DNA from: Baekduia sp.
GTDB lineage: Bacteria > Actinomycetota > Thermoleophilia > Solirubrobacterales > Solirubrobacteraceae
NCBI GenBank assembly: GCA_035765735.1
Contig: DASTWY010000068.1
Location: 44,893 to 108,892, forward strand
DNA: 64,000 nt
Direction: 5' to 3'
Made by a program: the position numbers and the translations under genes. Numbering within the stretch: the first letter of the stretch is position 1; every line of letters starts with the position of its first letter. The notes below the pieces were generated by a model, which ran no database searches, was not told the origin of the DNA, and saw nothing but the letters and a program-made list of their open reading frames with translations. Shown piece after piece: positions 9,401 through 18,584 of this stretch.

Positions 9401-10900
9401 ATGACGCGCGAGCACGTCGACGTCCTCATCGTCGGCGCCGGCCTGTCGGGCATCGGCGCGGCGCATCACCTGCAGGTCAGCTGCCCGGGCAGGACGTACG
9501 CGATCCTCGAGGCGCGCGACGCGATCGGCGGGACCTGGGACCTGTTCCGCTACCCGGGCATCCGGTCGGACTCCGACATGTTCACGCTCGGCTACGCGTT
9601 CAAGCCGTGGCGTGCGGCTGAGGCGATCGCCGACGGCCCCTCGATCCTCGAGTACGTCCGCGAGACGGCGCGCGAGGACGGCAGCGACCGCCACATCCGC
9701 TTCGGCCATCGCGTGGTGCGCGCGACGTGGTCGACGCCCGACGCGCGCTGGACCGTCGAGGCGCAGCGCGCCGACACGGGGGAGACGGTGACGATGACCT
9801 GCCGGTTCCTGTACTCGTGCACGGGCTACTACCGCTACGACGAGGGCTACACGCCGCCGCTGCCCGGCGTCGAGCGCTTCGCCGGCCCCGTGATCCACCC
9901 GCAGCATTGGCCGGAGGACCTCGACTACGCCGGCAAGCGCGTCGTGGTCATCGGCAGCGGGGCCACCGCCGTGACGCTCGTGCCGGCGATGGCGGACCGG
10001 GCCGCGCACGTGACGATGCTCCAGCGCTCGCCCAGCTACGTCGTGTCGCTGCCCGGCCAGGACCCGATCGCCAAGCTGGCCCGCCGCGTGCTGCCGGTGG
10101 GCGTGGCCTATCCCCTGGTGCGCTGGAAGAACGTGGCGCTGGCCACGGCGTTCTTCCAGCTCAGCCGGCGCGCGCCGCGGTTCATGCGCGGGCTGATCCG
10201 CCGCGGGGTCGAGCGCCGGCTGCCGGCCGGCTACGACGTCGACACGCACTTCTCGCCGCGCTACGACCCGTGGGACCAGCGCGTCTGCCTCGTGCCCGAC
10301 GGCGACCTGTTCGCGGCGCTCAGCGCCGGGACGGCGTCGGTCGTCACCGATCGCATCCGCACGTTCACCGAGGCCGGCATCGAGCTGGAGTCCGGGCGCG
10401 TGCTCGAGGCGGACATCGTGGTCAGCGCGACCGGGCTCAACCTGCTGGCGCTCGGAGGCGTGCGCCTGGCCGTCGACGGCGCCGACGTGGAGATCAGCGA
10501 GACGGTCGGCTACAAGGGCATGATGTTGAGCGGCGTGCCGAGCTTCGCGTTCGCGATCGGCTACACCAACGCGTCGTGGACCCTGAAGGCGGACCTGACG
10601 TCGGCCTACGTCTGCCGGCTGCTCAACCACCTGGACGCGACGGGCGCCGCGTACTGCGTGCCGCGCGACGACGACCCGCAGCGGGTCACGCTGCCGTTCC
10701 TCGACCTCGACTCGGGCTACGTGCACCGCGGCATCGCCCAGTTCCCGCGGCAGGGCGCCGAGGCGCCGTGGCGCCTGCACCAGAACTACGTCCGCGACGT
10801 GCTGCTGCTGCGCCGCGGCGAGCTCGAGGACGGGGTGATGGCGTTCGTGCCCGCCGCGGAGCCCGCCGGCGACCGGCCTCCCGAGCCGGTCGCGGCCTGA
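9401..10900 (+). CDS. Baeyer-Villiger / flavin-containing monooxygenase (EthA-like)
   Basis: N-terminal FAD motif VLIVGAGLSGIG is present. The BVMO/FMO fingerprint is FRYPGIRSDSDMFTLGYAFKPW. A second Rossmann motif is VVVIGSGATAV. Start taken at ATG 9401 in the track frame. Confidence 0.88.
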   Translation: MTREHVDVLIVGAGLSGIGAAHHLQVSCPGRTYAILEARDAIGGTWDLFRYPGIRSDSDMFTLGYAFKPWRAAEAIADGPSILEYVRETAREDGSDRHIRFGHRVVRATWSTPDARWTVEAQRADTGETVTMTCRFLYSCTGYYRYDEGYTPPLPGVERFAGPVIHPQHWPEDLDYAGKRVVVIGSGATAVTLVPAMADRAAHVTMLQRSPSYVVSLPGQDPIAKLARRVLPVGVAYPLVRWKNVALATAFFQLSRRAPRFMRGLIRRGVERRLPAGYDVDTHFSPRYDPWDQRVCLVPDGDLFAALSAGTASVVTDRIRTFTEAGIELESGRVLEADIVVSATGLNLLALGGVRLAVDGADVEISETVGYKGMMLSGVPSFAFAIGYTNASWTLKADLTSAYVCRLLNHLDATGAAYCVPRDDDPQRVTLPFLDLDSGYVHRGIAQFPRQGAEAPWRLHQNYVRDVLLLRRGELEDGVMAFVPAAEPAGDRPPEPVAA

Positions 10901-10909
10901 GGCCGCGGC

Positions 10910-11290
10910 TCAGCCGGCGGTCCGGAACGCCAGCTCGACGTGCGTGCCGCCGCGGTCGCCGTGGCGGATGACCACGTCGTCGGACAGCGACGCCATCAGC
11001 GGCATCCCCAGGCCGGCTCCCGGGCTGTCGGAGCGCGGCGCGGGGCCGGAGCCGTCGTCGCGGATCGTCACCACGACGCGGCCGCGGTGCGCGTGTGCCT
11101 CGACGGTCAGCAGGCCGGGCGCGCGGCGCTCGCGGTAGGCGTGCTGGAGGACGTTGTTGGCCGCCTCCGTGACGGCGAGCTTGATGTCGAAGCAGCGATC
11201 GCCGGCGACGCCGAGATCGGTGAGGAACGCTCCGAGATCCTCCCGCAGCGCGCGGACCGCGCCGGGCGCCGCAGCGGCCCGGAAGCGCAT
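10910..11290 (-). CDS. RsbW/SpoIIAB-like anti-sigma serine kinase (HATPase_c_2 domain)
   Basis: The 126-aa ORF is the C-terminal part of track ORF 10910..13504. Motifs: KLAVTEAANNVLQHAY and IRDDGSGP...GAGLGMPLMASLSDDV. Confidence 0.7.
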   Translation of the reverse strand: MRFRAAAAPGAVRALREDLGAFLTDLGVAGDRCFDIKLAVTEAANNVLQHAYRERRAPGLLTVEAHAHRGRVVVTIRDDGSGPAPRSDSPGAGLGMPLMASLSDDVVIRHGDRGGTHVELAFRTAG

Positions 11291-11361
11291 CGTGCGAGGC
11301 TGGCGAGGCACCGCATGACAGCGTATCCACCGCCCCGGCGACCACGCCCGCCGGCGGCCCG

Positions 11362-12945
11362 TCACCAGGTGTCGACGAACCGGCGCCCGCCCGAGGCGCC
11401 GGCGTGCACGGTGGCGGCGCGCATCGTCGCCGCGATCAGCGCGCGCGTCTCCGCGGGGTCGGTCACGTCGTCGAGCTCGAACAGCGCCGCGGCGTTGAGC
11501 GCCTTGGCGTTCTCCTCCGCCATGGCCGTCAGCTCGCGCACCCGCTGCTCGCGCTCGCCCTCGTCGGCGATCGCCTCCAGCTCCTTGCGGAACCCGAGCC
11601 GCACGGCGCCCTCGAGCCCCATCGGCCCGAGATGCGCCGTCGGCCAGGCGACGGTGAGCAGCGGCTCGTGGAGGCTGCCGGCCACCATCGCCTGCGCGCC
11701 GAGCCCGTAGCCGCGCCGCAGCACGACCGCGACGAACGGGACCCGCAGCGCCGCGCCGGTCACCAGCAGGCGCGACGTGTGGCGGACGAGGCCGGTCGCC
11801 TCGGCCTTGGGGCCGACCATCATCCCGGGCGTGTCGACGAGCGAGACGATCGGCAGCCCGAACGCGTCGCACAGCTGCATGAACCGCGCCGCCTTGTCGG
11901 CCGCGTCGCTGGTGATCGCGCCGGCCATGTGCCGCGTGTCGTTGGCGATGACGCCCAGCGGGCGGCCCTCGATGCGCGCCAGCGCCGTGACCATCTCGGG
12001 CGCGAAGCGCTCGCGCAGCACCGTGACCGAGCCCTCGTCGGCCAGCGTCTCGATGATCGGGATCACCGCGTAGGCGCGGCGCTGGCGCTCGGGGACGAGC
12101 TCGCGCAGGCGCGCCTGGTCGGGCTCGATCCCCGGCGCTGTCGCCCCCTGGAAGTACGCGAGCAGCCGCTTGGCGACCGCCGTGGCCTCGGCCTCGTCGG
12201 CGGCCACCACGTCGATGACGCCGTTGCGCGCCTGGACGTCCACCGGGCCCACCTCGTCGGGGTGCACGGAGCCGAGCCCGCCGCCCGCGATCATCGCCGG
12301 GCCGCCCATGCCGATCGACGCGCTCTCGGTGGCCACGATCAGATCCGAGCAGCCGGCGATGACGGCGTTGCCGGCGAAGCAGCGCCCGTGCACCACGGCG
12401 ATCCGCGGGACGATCCCCGACAGCCGAGCCCACAGCGCGAAGGCGCGCGTGTCGAGCGCCGAGACGACCGGGTGGTCGGTGTCGCCCGGCCGCCCGCCGC
12501 CGCCCTCGGCGAAGAAGACGGTGGGCAGCCGCATGCGCTCGATCAGCTCGAACAGGCGGTCCTTCTTGCGGTGGCCGAGGACGCCCTGCGTGCCGGCCAG
12601 CACGGTGTAGTCGTAGGCCAGCACCGCGCAGGCGGCGCGCTCGCCGAACAGGTCGCCGTTGACGCTCGCGGTGCCGGCGACCAGGCCGTCGGCCGGCGTG
12701 CGGGCGATCAGGTCGTCGACGTCGCGGCGTGCGCGCTGGGCGGCGATGGCGAAGCGTCCGTACTCGACGAACGAGCCGGGGTCGACGAGGTCGGCGATGT
12801 TCTCGCGGGCGGTCCGGCCGCCCACCGCGTGGCGGCGCTGCACGGCATCCGAGCGCGCGGCGTCCTCGGTCAGCGCCCGGCGCTCGAGGACCTCCGCGAG
12901 GTCCTGGCGCTCGGTCGGCTCGCGCTCCTGCTGCGTCTCGGCCAC
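11362..12945 (-). CDS. Acyl-CoA carboxylase carboxyltransferase (beta) subunit
   Basis: Strong family motifs are present: GRTARENIADLVDPGSFVEYG, YDYTVLAGTQG, FAEGGGGRPGD, and PIVSLVDTPGMMVGPKAEATGLVRH. The start is ambiguous. GTG 12945 leaves a 58-nt divergent gap, whereas ATG 13005 would overlap the divergent SDR start. Confidence 0.85.
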   Translation of the reverse strand: MAETQQEREPTERQDLAEVLERRALTEDAARSDAVQRRHAVGGRTARENIADLVDPGSFVEYGRFAIAAQRARRDVDDLIARTPADGLVAGTASVNGDLFGERAACAVLAYDYTVLAGTQGVLGHRKKDRLFELIERMRLPTVFFAEGGGGRPGDTDHPVVSALDTRAFALWARLSGIVPRIAVVHGRCFAGNAVIAGCSDLIVATESASIGMGGPAMIAGGGLGSVHPDEVGPVDVQARNGVIDVVAADEAEATAVAKRLLAYFQGATAPGIEPDQARLRELVPERQRRAYAVIPIIETLADEGSVTVLRERFAPEMVTALARIEGRPLGVIANDTRHMAGAITSDAADKAARFMQLCDAFGLPIVSLVDTPGMMVGPKAEATGLVRHTSRLLVTGAALRVPFVAVVLRRGYGLGAQAMVAGSLHEPLLTVAWPTAHLGPMGLEGAVRLGFRKELEAIADEGEREQRVRELTAMAEENAKALNAAALFELDDVTDPAETRALIAATMRAATVHAGASGGRRFVDTW

Positions 12946-13003
12946 GGCCGGATGCTCGCAGAGCGGACCGCGCGCGGGCGGCCGGGTGCGCCAGGATGCG
13001 GCC

Positions 13004-13783
13004 ATGGCTTCGCTGCTGGATCTGGAGGGCGCGGTGGCGCTGGTCACCGGCGCCGGGAGCCCCGGGGGCATCGGCTTCGCGTGCGCGCGGCTGCTGGGGG
13101 AGGCGGGTGCGTCGGTGGTCGTGAGCGCGACGACCGACCGCGTCCACGACCGGGCTGCCGAGCTCGGCGCCCACGGCGTCGACGCCGCCGGCGAGGTCGC
13201 CGACCTCATGGACCGCGCTCAGGCCGACGGGCTGGTGGATGCCGTCCTGCGGCGCTACGGCCGCCTGGACGTGCTCGTCAACAACGCCGGGATGATCGCG
13301 GTCTCCGGCTCGCCCGAGGGCGCGCCGCTGGAGCGCCTCGAGGACGAGGTGTGGGAGGACGCCCTGGCGCGCAACCTGTCGACGGCGATGTACGTCTCCC
13401 GCGCCGCGCTGCCGGCGATGCTGGCGGCGGGCCGTGGGCGGATCGTCAACGTCGCGTCGACGTCGGGGACCGTGTCGGCGTTCGCCGGCGACGCCGGCTA
13501 CCACGCCGCCAAGGCGGGGATGGTGGGGCTGACGCGGGCGCTGGCGGTCGAGGTCGCCTCGCGCGGCATCACCGTCAACGCCGTCGCGCCGGGCTGGATC
13601 GGCACCGCGTCGGCGACCGAGGAGGAGCGGCGCTATGGCGACGCCACGCCCGTCGGGCGGCCCGGCACGCCGGACGAGGTCGCCGCCGTGGTGGCGATGC
13701 TCGCGGCGCCGGGCGCCTCGTACGTCACCGGCCAGCTCCTGGTCGTCGACGGCGGCAACGCGATCCTGGAGGCGCGGGTGTAG
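13004..13783 (+). CDS. SDR family oxidoreductase
   Basis: The N-terminus MASLLDLEGAVALVTGAGSPGGIG, NNAG, and YHAAKAG (YxxxK) motifs are present. The track ORF start at 12659 is antisense to the carboxyltransferase and is rejected. Confidence 0.88.
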   Translation: MASLLDLEGAVALVTGAGSPGGIGFACARLLGEAGASVVVSATTDRVHDRAAELGAHGVDAAGEVADLMDRAQADGLVDAVLRRYGRLDVLVNNAGMIAVSGSPEGAPLERLEDEVWEDALARNLSTAMYVSRAALPAMLAAGRGRIVNVASTSGTVSAFAGDAGYHAAKAGMVGLTRALAVEVASRGITVNAVAPGWIGTASATEEERRYGDATPVGRPGTPDEVAAVVAMLAAPGASYVTGQLLVVDGGNAILEARV

Positions 13784-13831
13784 CCCCGTGGGCGCGCGGC
13801 CCTCGCGGACCGCGCGCCGCTCGGGTCACCA

Positions 13832-15358
13832 TCACGCCCCTGGCGTGAAGAACAGGTAGGCCGCGCCGGCGCGCGTGCGGCCCTGGTGGCTGGCGAAGGC
13901 GGCGCCGGCGAGCAGGTCGCCGCGCCCGTCCCCGCCGAGGTCGCCGGCCGCCGCGGCCGTGGTGAAGCCGGCGGTGTCCTCGGTGTCCGGGACCAGCGGC
14001 GTCGGCGGCAGCGGCGGCTCCAGCGCCGGCCCGTCGATCGTGAAGCCGCGGCTCGCCGGCAGCGGCTCGGCGAGCTGGAGCGTCCCGCGCGACGGCGTGC
14101 CGTAGAGCACGAGCAGCGACCGCCTCGACAGCGTCACGAGATCCGGCCGGTCGCTGCCGCCGATCCGGCGGGCCAGGTCCACGGCCGCCCCGGTGATCGA
14201 GCCGCGGGCGCCGCGGGCCAGCTCCCACGCGCGGGTGCCCGGATCGCGCAGGTCGACCGTCGCGCGGCTGCGGGCGCCGCGCACGACCCACACGCCGCCG
14301 GCCGGCGGCCGCAGCGCCGAGCTGTGGGCGGCGGGCGTCCCGATCACGAGGTCGGGCCGGTGGTCGCCGTCGACGTCGCGCCCGCCGGCGAGCTCGGCGC
14401 CGCCGAGCTGGAAGTGGAGGTACGGGCCCTCGATCGCCACGCCGTCGTGGCCGAGGTGGCCGAAGCGGACGGGCTCGTCGCGCCGGTGCCCGTAGACGAC
14501 GTAGACGGCGCCGCGACCGCTCACGGCGTGCCCGTCGAGGACCGCGATGTCGCGGTGGCCGTCGCCGTTCCAGTCGCCGGCTGCCGCCACGGACGTCACC
14601 GAGCCGGCCGTGCCGAGGCCGATGCGGAAGACCGCCCGGCGCGTGTGGGCGACCTTGATCCGCCCGGGCTCGCGGCGGCCGAAGACCACGTACGCACGCC
14701 CGCGGGTGAAGTCCTGCTCGAAGCCCGGGTTGCCGGGCGCGGCGACGGCGACGTCGGCGTGGCCGTCGTGGTCGATGTCGCCGAGCGCCGCGACGTCCCA
14801 CCCGAAGGCGTCGGGGAACTCGTGCGAGGCGCCCTGGAGCACGACGCCGCCCGCGCCGAGGTGGGCGAGGTCGACGTCGTGCGGGGCGCGGCTGCCGAAG
14901 ACCACGTAGGCGCGTCCGACGGCGCTCTGCGGGCCCTCCTGGCCGGGGGTGCCGGTCGGGGCGCCGACGATCACGTCGGCGAGGCCGTCGCCGTTGACGT
15001 CGCCGGCCCCGGCCACCGACCGGCCGGCCGCCTCCGCGCCGGAGCCCGAGAGGCGGATGACGTGCGGGCCCCCGGCGGCCAGGTCGACCGTCGTCCCCGG
15101 CGTGAACGGGCCGAGCACCACGAAGGCGGCCCCGGCGGCGGTGCCGTCCGCGTTGGGCGCGGCGCCCGGCGCGCCGATGACCAGATCGCCGTGACCGTCG
15201 CCGTTGACGTCGCCGGCGGCCGCGACCGACGTCCCCGTGCGGTCGCCGGCGCCGGCGCCGTCGAAGCGGACCGATGGCGCGACGACCGGCGCCGCCGAAG
15301 CCGGCAGGGCGCACGCGGCGGACGCCGCGGCGGCGAGGACGATGGACCGGATGAGCAT
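13832..15358 (-). CDS. Secreted FG-GAP (integrin-alpha/VCBS-type) repeat protein
   Basis: The signal peptide is MLIRSIVLAAAASAACALPASAAP. GD(V/I/W)NGDGxxDxxxGAP calcium-binding FG-GAP motifs are repeated about seven times. The start could be 15373 (MDHEGM...). Confidence 0.85.
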   Translation of the reverse strand: MLIRSIVLAAAASAACALPASAAPVVAPSVRFDGAGAGDRTGTSVAAAGDVNGDGHGDLVIGAPGAAPNADGTAAGAAFVVLGPFTPGTTVDLAAGGPHVIRLSGSGAEAAGRSVAGAGDVNGDGLADVIVGAPTGTPGQEGPQSAVGRAYVVFGSRAPHDVDLAHLGAGGVVLQGASHEFPDAFGWDVAALGDIDHDGHADVAVAAPGNPGFEQDFTRGRAYVVFGRREPGRIKVAHTRRAVFRIGLGTAGSVTSVAAAGDWNGDGHRDIAVLDGHAVSGRGAVYVVYGHRRDEPVRFGHLGHDGVAIEGPYLHFQLGGAELAGGRDVDGDHRPDLVIGTPAAHSSALRPPAGGVWVVRGARSRATVDLRDPGTRAWELARGARGSITGAAVDLARRIGGSDRPDLVTLSRRSLLVLYGTPSRGTLQLAEPLPASRGFTIDGPALEPPLPPTPLVPDTEDTAGFTTAAAAGDLGGDGRGDLLAGAAFASHQGRTRAGAAYLFFTPGA

Positions 15359-15446
15359 GCCCTCATGGTCCATCGGGTGGTGCGCTCGCTCATCGGTACG
15401 GGCGCGCGCCCGGCGCGGACGAACCCGCGGACCGCGGTGCGGGCTT

Positions 15447-16283
15447 CTACGGGCCGAGCTCGGCGACGCCCTCGACGCACGTCACCGTGCCGCCGCCGAT
15501 CCAGATCGTGCCGTCGGGATCCTGGGTGACGTGCACCCGGCCGGCGCGCCCCAGCGCCCCGCCCTGCGCGGCCACGTACGGCGCCGTCGCGCGGCCGCTG
15601 CCCAGCAGCCACTGGGCCAGCGAGGCGTTCAGGCTGCCGGTCACGGGATCCTCGAACGTCGTCCCGCCCTCGGCGTAGAACGCGCGCACCTCGAACGCGG
15701 CGTCCGCGCCGGCCGGCTGGGGGCCCACGACGCCGAGCTTGAGGTCGAGGTCGCGCGGGCGCACGGCGCGGACCGCGTCGGCGTCGCGCAGGAGCACCGC
15801 GATCCAGCCGGGGCCGTTGTCGGCCCACGCCGCGTCGACGATCTCGTCGCGGGCCAGGCCGAGCGTCGCGGCGATCCGCGCGACCAGCGGCTCCTCGACC
15901 GCGCCCGAGCGGATCAGCGGGGGCGCGGCGAAGGCGAGCCGCCCTCCGTCGCGGCGCAGCTCCACGAGCCCGACGCCGCACTCCTGCACGACGCGGTCGC
16001 CGGCATGCGCGCCGGCTGCCGTGCTCAGCCACGCGTGGCAGGTGCCGAGCGTGGGATGCCCGGCGAACGGCAGCTCGGCCGCCGGCGTGAAGATCCGCAC
16101 GCGATAGTCGGCCTCGGGACGGGTGGGCGGCAGCACGAACGTCGTCTCCGAGAGGTTGGTCCAGCGCGCGAAGCGCTGCATCGCGTCGTCGCTCAGCCCC
16201 TCGCCGTCGAGCACGACCGCGACGGGGTTGCCGAGCAGCGGCTCGGCGGTGAAGACGTCGACCTGCTGGAACGCGCGCGCCAT
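15447..16283 (-). CDS. PhzF family isomerase
   Basis: The sequence MARAFQQVDVFTAEPLLGNPVAVVLDG...LSETTFVLPP...RIFTPAAELPFAGHPTLG matches PhzF/YddE signatures. The upstream portion of the track ORF is junk. Confidence 0.88.
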   Translation of the reverse strand: MARAFQQVDVFTAEPLLGNPVAVVLDGEGLSDDAMQRFARWTNLSETTFVLPPTRPEADYRVRIFTPAAELPFAGHPTLGTCHAWLSTAAGAHAGDRVVQECGVGLVELRRDGGRLAFAAPPLIRSGAVEEPLVARIAATLGLARDEIVDAAWADNGPGWIAVLLRDADAVRAVRPRDLDLKLGVVGPQPAGADAAFEVRAFYAEGGTTFEDPVTGSLNASLAQWLLGSGRATAPYVAAQGGALGRAGRVHVTQDPDGTIWIGGGTVTCVEGVAELGP

Positions 16284-16394
16284 GGCCGAGGACGCTATCG
16301 CCGGGCCGGCGCCCCGGCCGATTGCGGGAAGCCCGCAGGCCACGGAGTAGGCCGTGCGGATGGCGCTCCGCCAGACCTGCGCTGTCATGACGGA

Positions 16395-16790
16395 GTGCCG
16401 TCCGTCGTTCCCGAGGTCTCCCTGGTCCTCGCAGACCCCCACGCCCGTCTGCGAGCGGCGATCGTCGCGCTGCTCGCGCACGAGCCGGACCTGCGGGTGC
16501 TCGGCTCCGTCGGCTCGGGAGGGGAGGCGGCCGCCGCGATGCGCCGCCACCGGCCCGACGTCGTGGTGGCGAGCCTCTCGCTGCTGTCCCCGTCCGGGCG
16601 GCTGCTCGACGGCTGGGGGCCCGTGGACGCCGCCGTGCCGATCGTGGTGACGGGCTTCGAGACGTCCAAGGCCGTCGAGGGGGCGCTGCTCGGTCGCGGC
16701 GCGACGGCGTACGTGGCCATGGAGCGGCTGGCCGACGACCTGCCGGGCGTGCTGCGCCGGGCGGCCCGGGCCGTGCTGCTGCGCCGCTGA
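16395..16790 (+). CDS. Stand-alone degenerate response-regulator receiver domain (no output domain)
   Basis: GTG 16395 is in the frame of track ORF 15204..16790, and GC3 is high. By eye it aligns to NarL/DevR receivers: LVLADPH aligns with ILIVDDH, VVVASLSLL with the LLDLxMP acceptor region, IVVTGF with the T87 region, and AYVAM with the GYLxK region. It ends 85 nt before the kinase gene. Confidence 0.55.
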   Translation: MPSVVPEVSLVLADPHARLRAAIVALLAHEPDLRVLGSVGSGGEAAAAMRRHRPDVVVASLSLLSPSGRLLDGWGPVDAAVPIVVTGFETSKAVEGALLGRGATAYVAMERLADDLPGVLRRAARAVLLRR

Positions 16791-16875
16791 TCCCCCGCGA
16801 GCCGTCCGATCCGCGAAGCGGCGTCGCCCGTACGTCAGAATGCAACCCGGCGTCCGAATCCGCGCCGCGACGACC

Positions 16876-18579
16876 ATGGAGTCCCAGACCTACGAACGAC
16901 TGATCGAGGTCGGCCGCGCGCTCGCCGCGGAGCTCGACCTCGACGCCCTGCTCCAGCGCGTCCTGGAGGTCGCCCGCGAGCTGACCGGCGCGCGCTATGC
17001 CGCGGTCGGCGTGCTCGACGAGGACCGCCAGTACCTCGAGCGCTTCCTGACCGACGGCATCCCGGAGGAGGCGCACGCGGCGATCGGCGACCTGCCCCGC
17101 GGTCGCGGCGTGCTCGGGCTGCTGATCGCGCACCCGGAGCCGGTCCGCGTCAACGACGTCGGCCGGCATCCCGAGTCCTACGGCTTCCCGATCGGCCACC
17201 CGGAGATGAGCTCCTTCCTGGGCATGCCGATCCTGGTCGACGGCGAGGCCTGGGGGAACATCTACCTCACCGACAAGGACGGCGGGCCCTTCACCGACGA
17301 GGATCAGGCGGCGATGGCCGTCCTGGCTGACTGGGCGGCGATCGCGATCGCCAACGCCCGCCTCTACCGGTCCGTCCAGGCGCGCCGCGACGAGCTCGAG
17401 CGCGCCGTCCGCGGCCTGGAGATCATGGTCGAGATCGCCCAGGCGGTCGGGGGCGAGGTCGAGCTGGCCCGGATCCTCGAGCTCGTGGCCAAGCGCGCGC
17501 GGGCGCTGGTGAGCGCGCGCGCCACCGTCGTCGCGCTCGTCGCGGGCGACGAGTGGGAGGTCGTGGCCGGCGCCGGTGAGATCGCCGACGGCGCGATCGG
17601 GCTGCGCGCACCGATCGCGGGCTCGCTGGGCGAGCCGGCGCTGCAGAGCCTGCGGCCCCACCGCCTCGACCGCCTGCGCGAGGCGCGCCGCTTCCGGGGC
17701 GTGGGGCCGATGGACGCCGACGCCGCGCTGGTGGTGCCGCTCGTCTTCCGGGGCCAGGCGCTGGCCGCGCTGGTCGCCTACGACCGCCTCAAGGGCGGCC
17801 CGCACTTCAGCGGCGAGGACGAGCGCCTGCTGCGCGCCTTCGCGACCACGGCGGCGACGGCGATCGCCACCGGCCAGCAGGCCGCCAACCAGGCCCTGGA
17901 GCGCAGCATCGCCGCCTCGGAGCGCGAGCGCGCGCGGTGGGCGCGCGAGCTGCACGACGAGACGCTGCAGGAGCTGGCCGGGCTGCGGCTGCTGCTCGCC
18001 GCCACGCGGCGCGCGACCGACCTCGAGAAGGTGCGCACGTCGCTGGCCGACGGCATCGAGCGGATCGACGAGGGCATCCGCAACCTGCGCAGCATCATCA
18101 CCGACCTGCGACCCGCCGCCCTCGACCAGCTCGGGGCGCAGGCCGCGCTGGAGGCGCTCGCCAACCGCGTCGAGCAGCGTGCCGGCGTGAAGATCGAGCT
18201 CGACCTGGACCTCGGCTGGGAGGCGGGCCGCGCCGGCGAGCGCCACGTGGAGGAGATCGAGGAGACGATCTACCGCGTCGTCCAGGAGGCGGTGACCAAC
18301 GCCATCAAGCACGCGGAGGCTCGCCGGATCACGATCTGCGTCCGCGACACGGACGACGGCACGGTCCTGATCCGCGTGAGCGACGACGGCCGCGGCTTCA
18401 ACCCGTCGGATCGCAGCACCGGCTTCGGCCTGGACGGCATGCGCGAGCGGGTGGCGCTCGTCGACGGCTCGATGGCCATCGAGAGCCGCCCGGGCGAGGG
18501 CGCGACGATCGAGATCGCGTTCCCGGGCCGGCGGCGCGGGGGCGAGCCCGAGCTCGACGCGGCCGCCGGCGCTCGGTAG
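16876..18579 (+). CDS. DevS/DosT-like tandem-GAF sensor histidine kinase (HisKA_3 + HATPase)
   Basis: GAF-A resembles the mycobacterial DevS heme pocket as I recall it (GRGVLGLLI...HPESYGFPIGHPEMSSFLGMPI...GNIYLTDK). The H-box is ARELHDETLQEL. N/G boxes are EAVTNAIKHA and DDGRGF...GFGLDGMRERV. ATG 16876 was chosen as the start. Confidence 0.88.
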   Translation: MESQTYERLIEVGRALAAELDLDALLQRVLEVARELTGARYAAVGVLDEDRQYLERFLTDGIPEEAHAAIGDLPRGRGVLGLLIAHPEPVRVNDVGRHPESYGFPIGHPEMSSFLGMPILVDGEAWGNIYLTDKDGGPFTDEDQAAMAVLADWAAIAIANARLYRSVQARRDELERAVRGLEIMVEIAQAVGGEVELARILELVAKRARALVSARATVVALVAGDEWEVVAGAGEIADGAIGLRAPIAGSLGEPALQSLRPHRLDRLREARRFRGVGPMDADAALVVPLVFRGQALAALVAYDRLKGGPHFSGEDERLLRAFATTAATAIATGQQAANQALERSIAASERERARWARELHDETLQELAGLRLLLAATRRATDLEKVRTSLADGIERIDEGIRNLRSIITDLRPAALDQLGAQAALEALANRVEQRAGVKIELDLDLGWEAGRAGERHVEEIEETIYRVVQEAVTNAIKHAEARRITICVRDTDDGTVLIRVSDDGRGFNPSDRSTGFGLDGMRERVALVDGSMAIESRPGEGATIEIAFPGRRRGGEPELDAAAGAR

Positions 18580-18584
18580 CCGGC

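Noticed and set aside
5173-9453. 1426-aa minus-strand ORF spanning the SDR, MarR, cupin and hydrolase loci
   Set aside because: It crosses several genes that have recognisable products in other frames or strands, and its composition is junk. Only the separate frame 7311-9287 on this strand is real.
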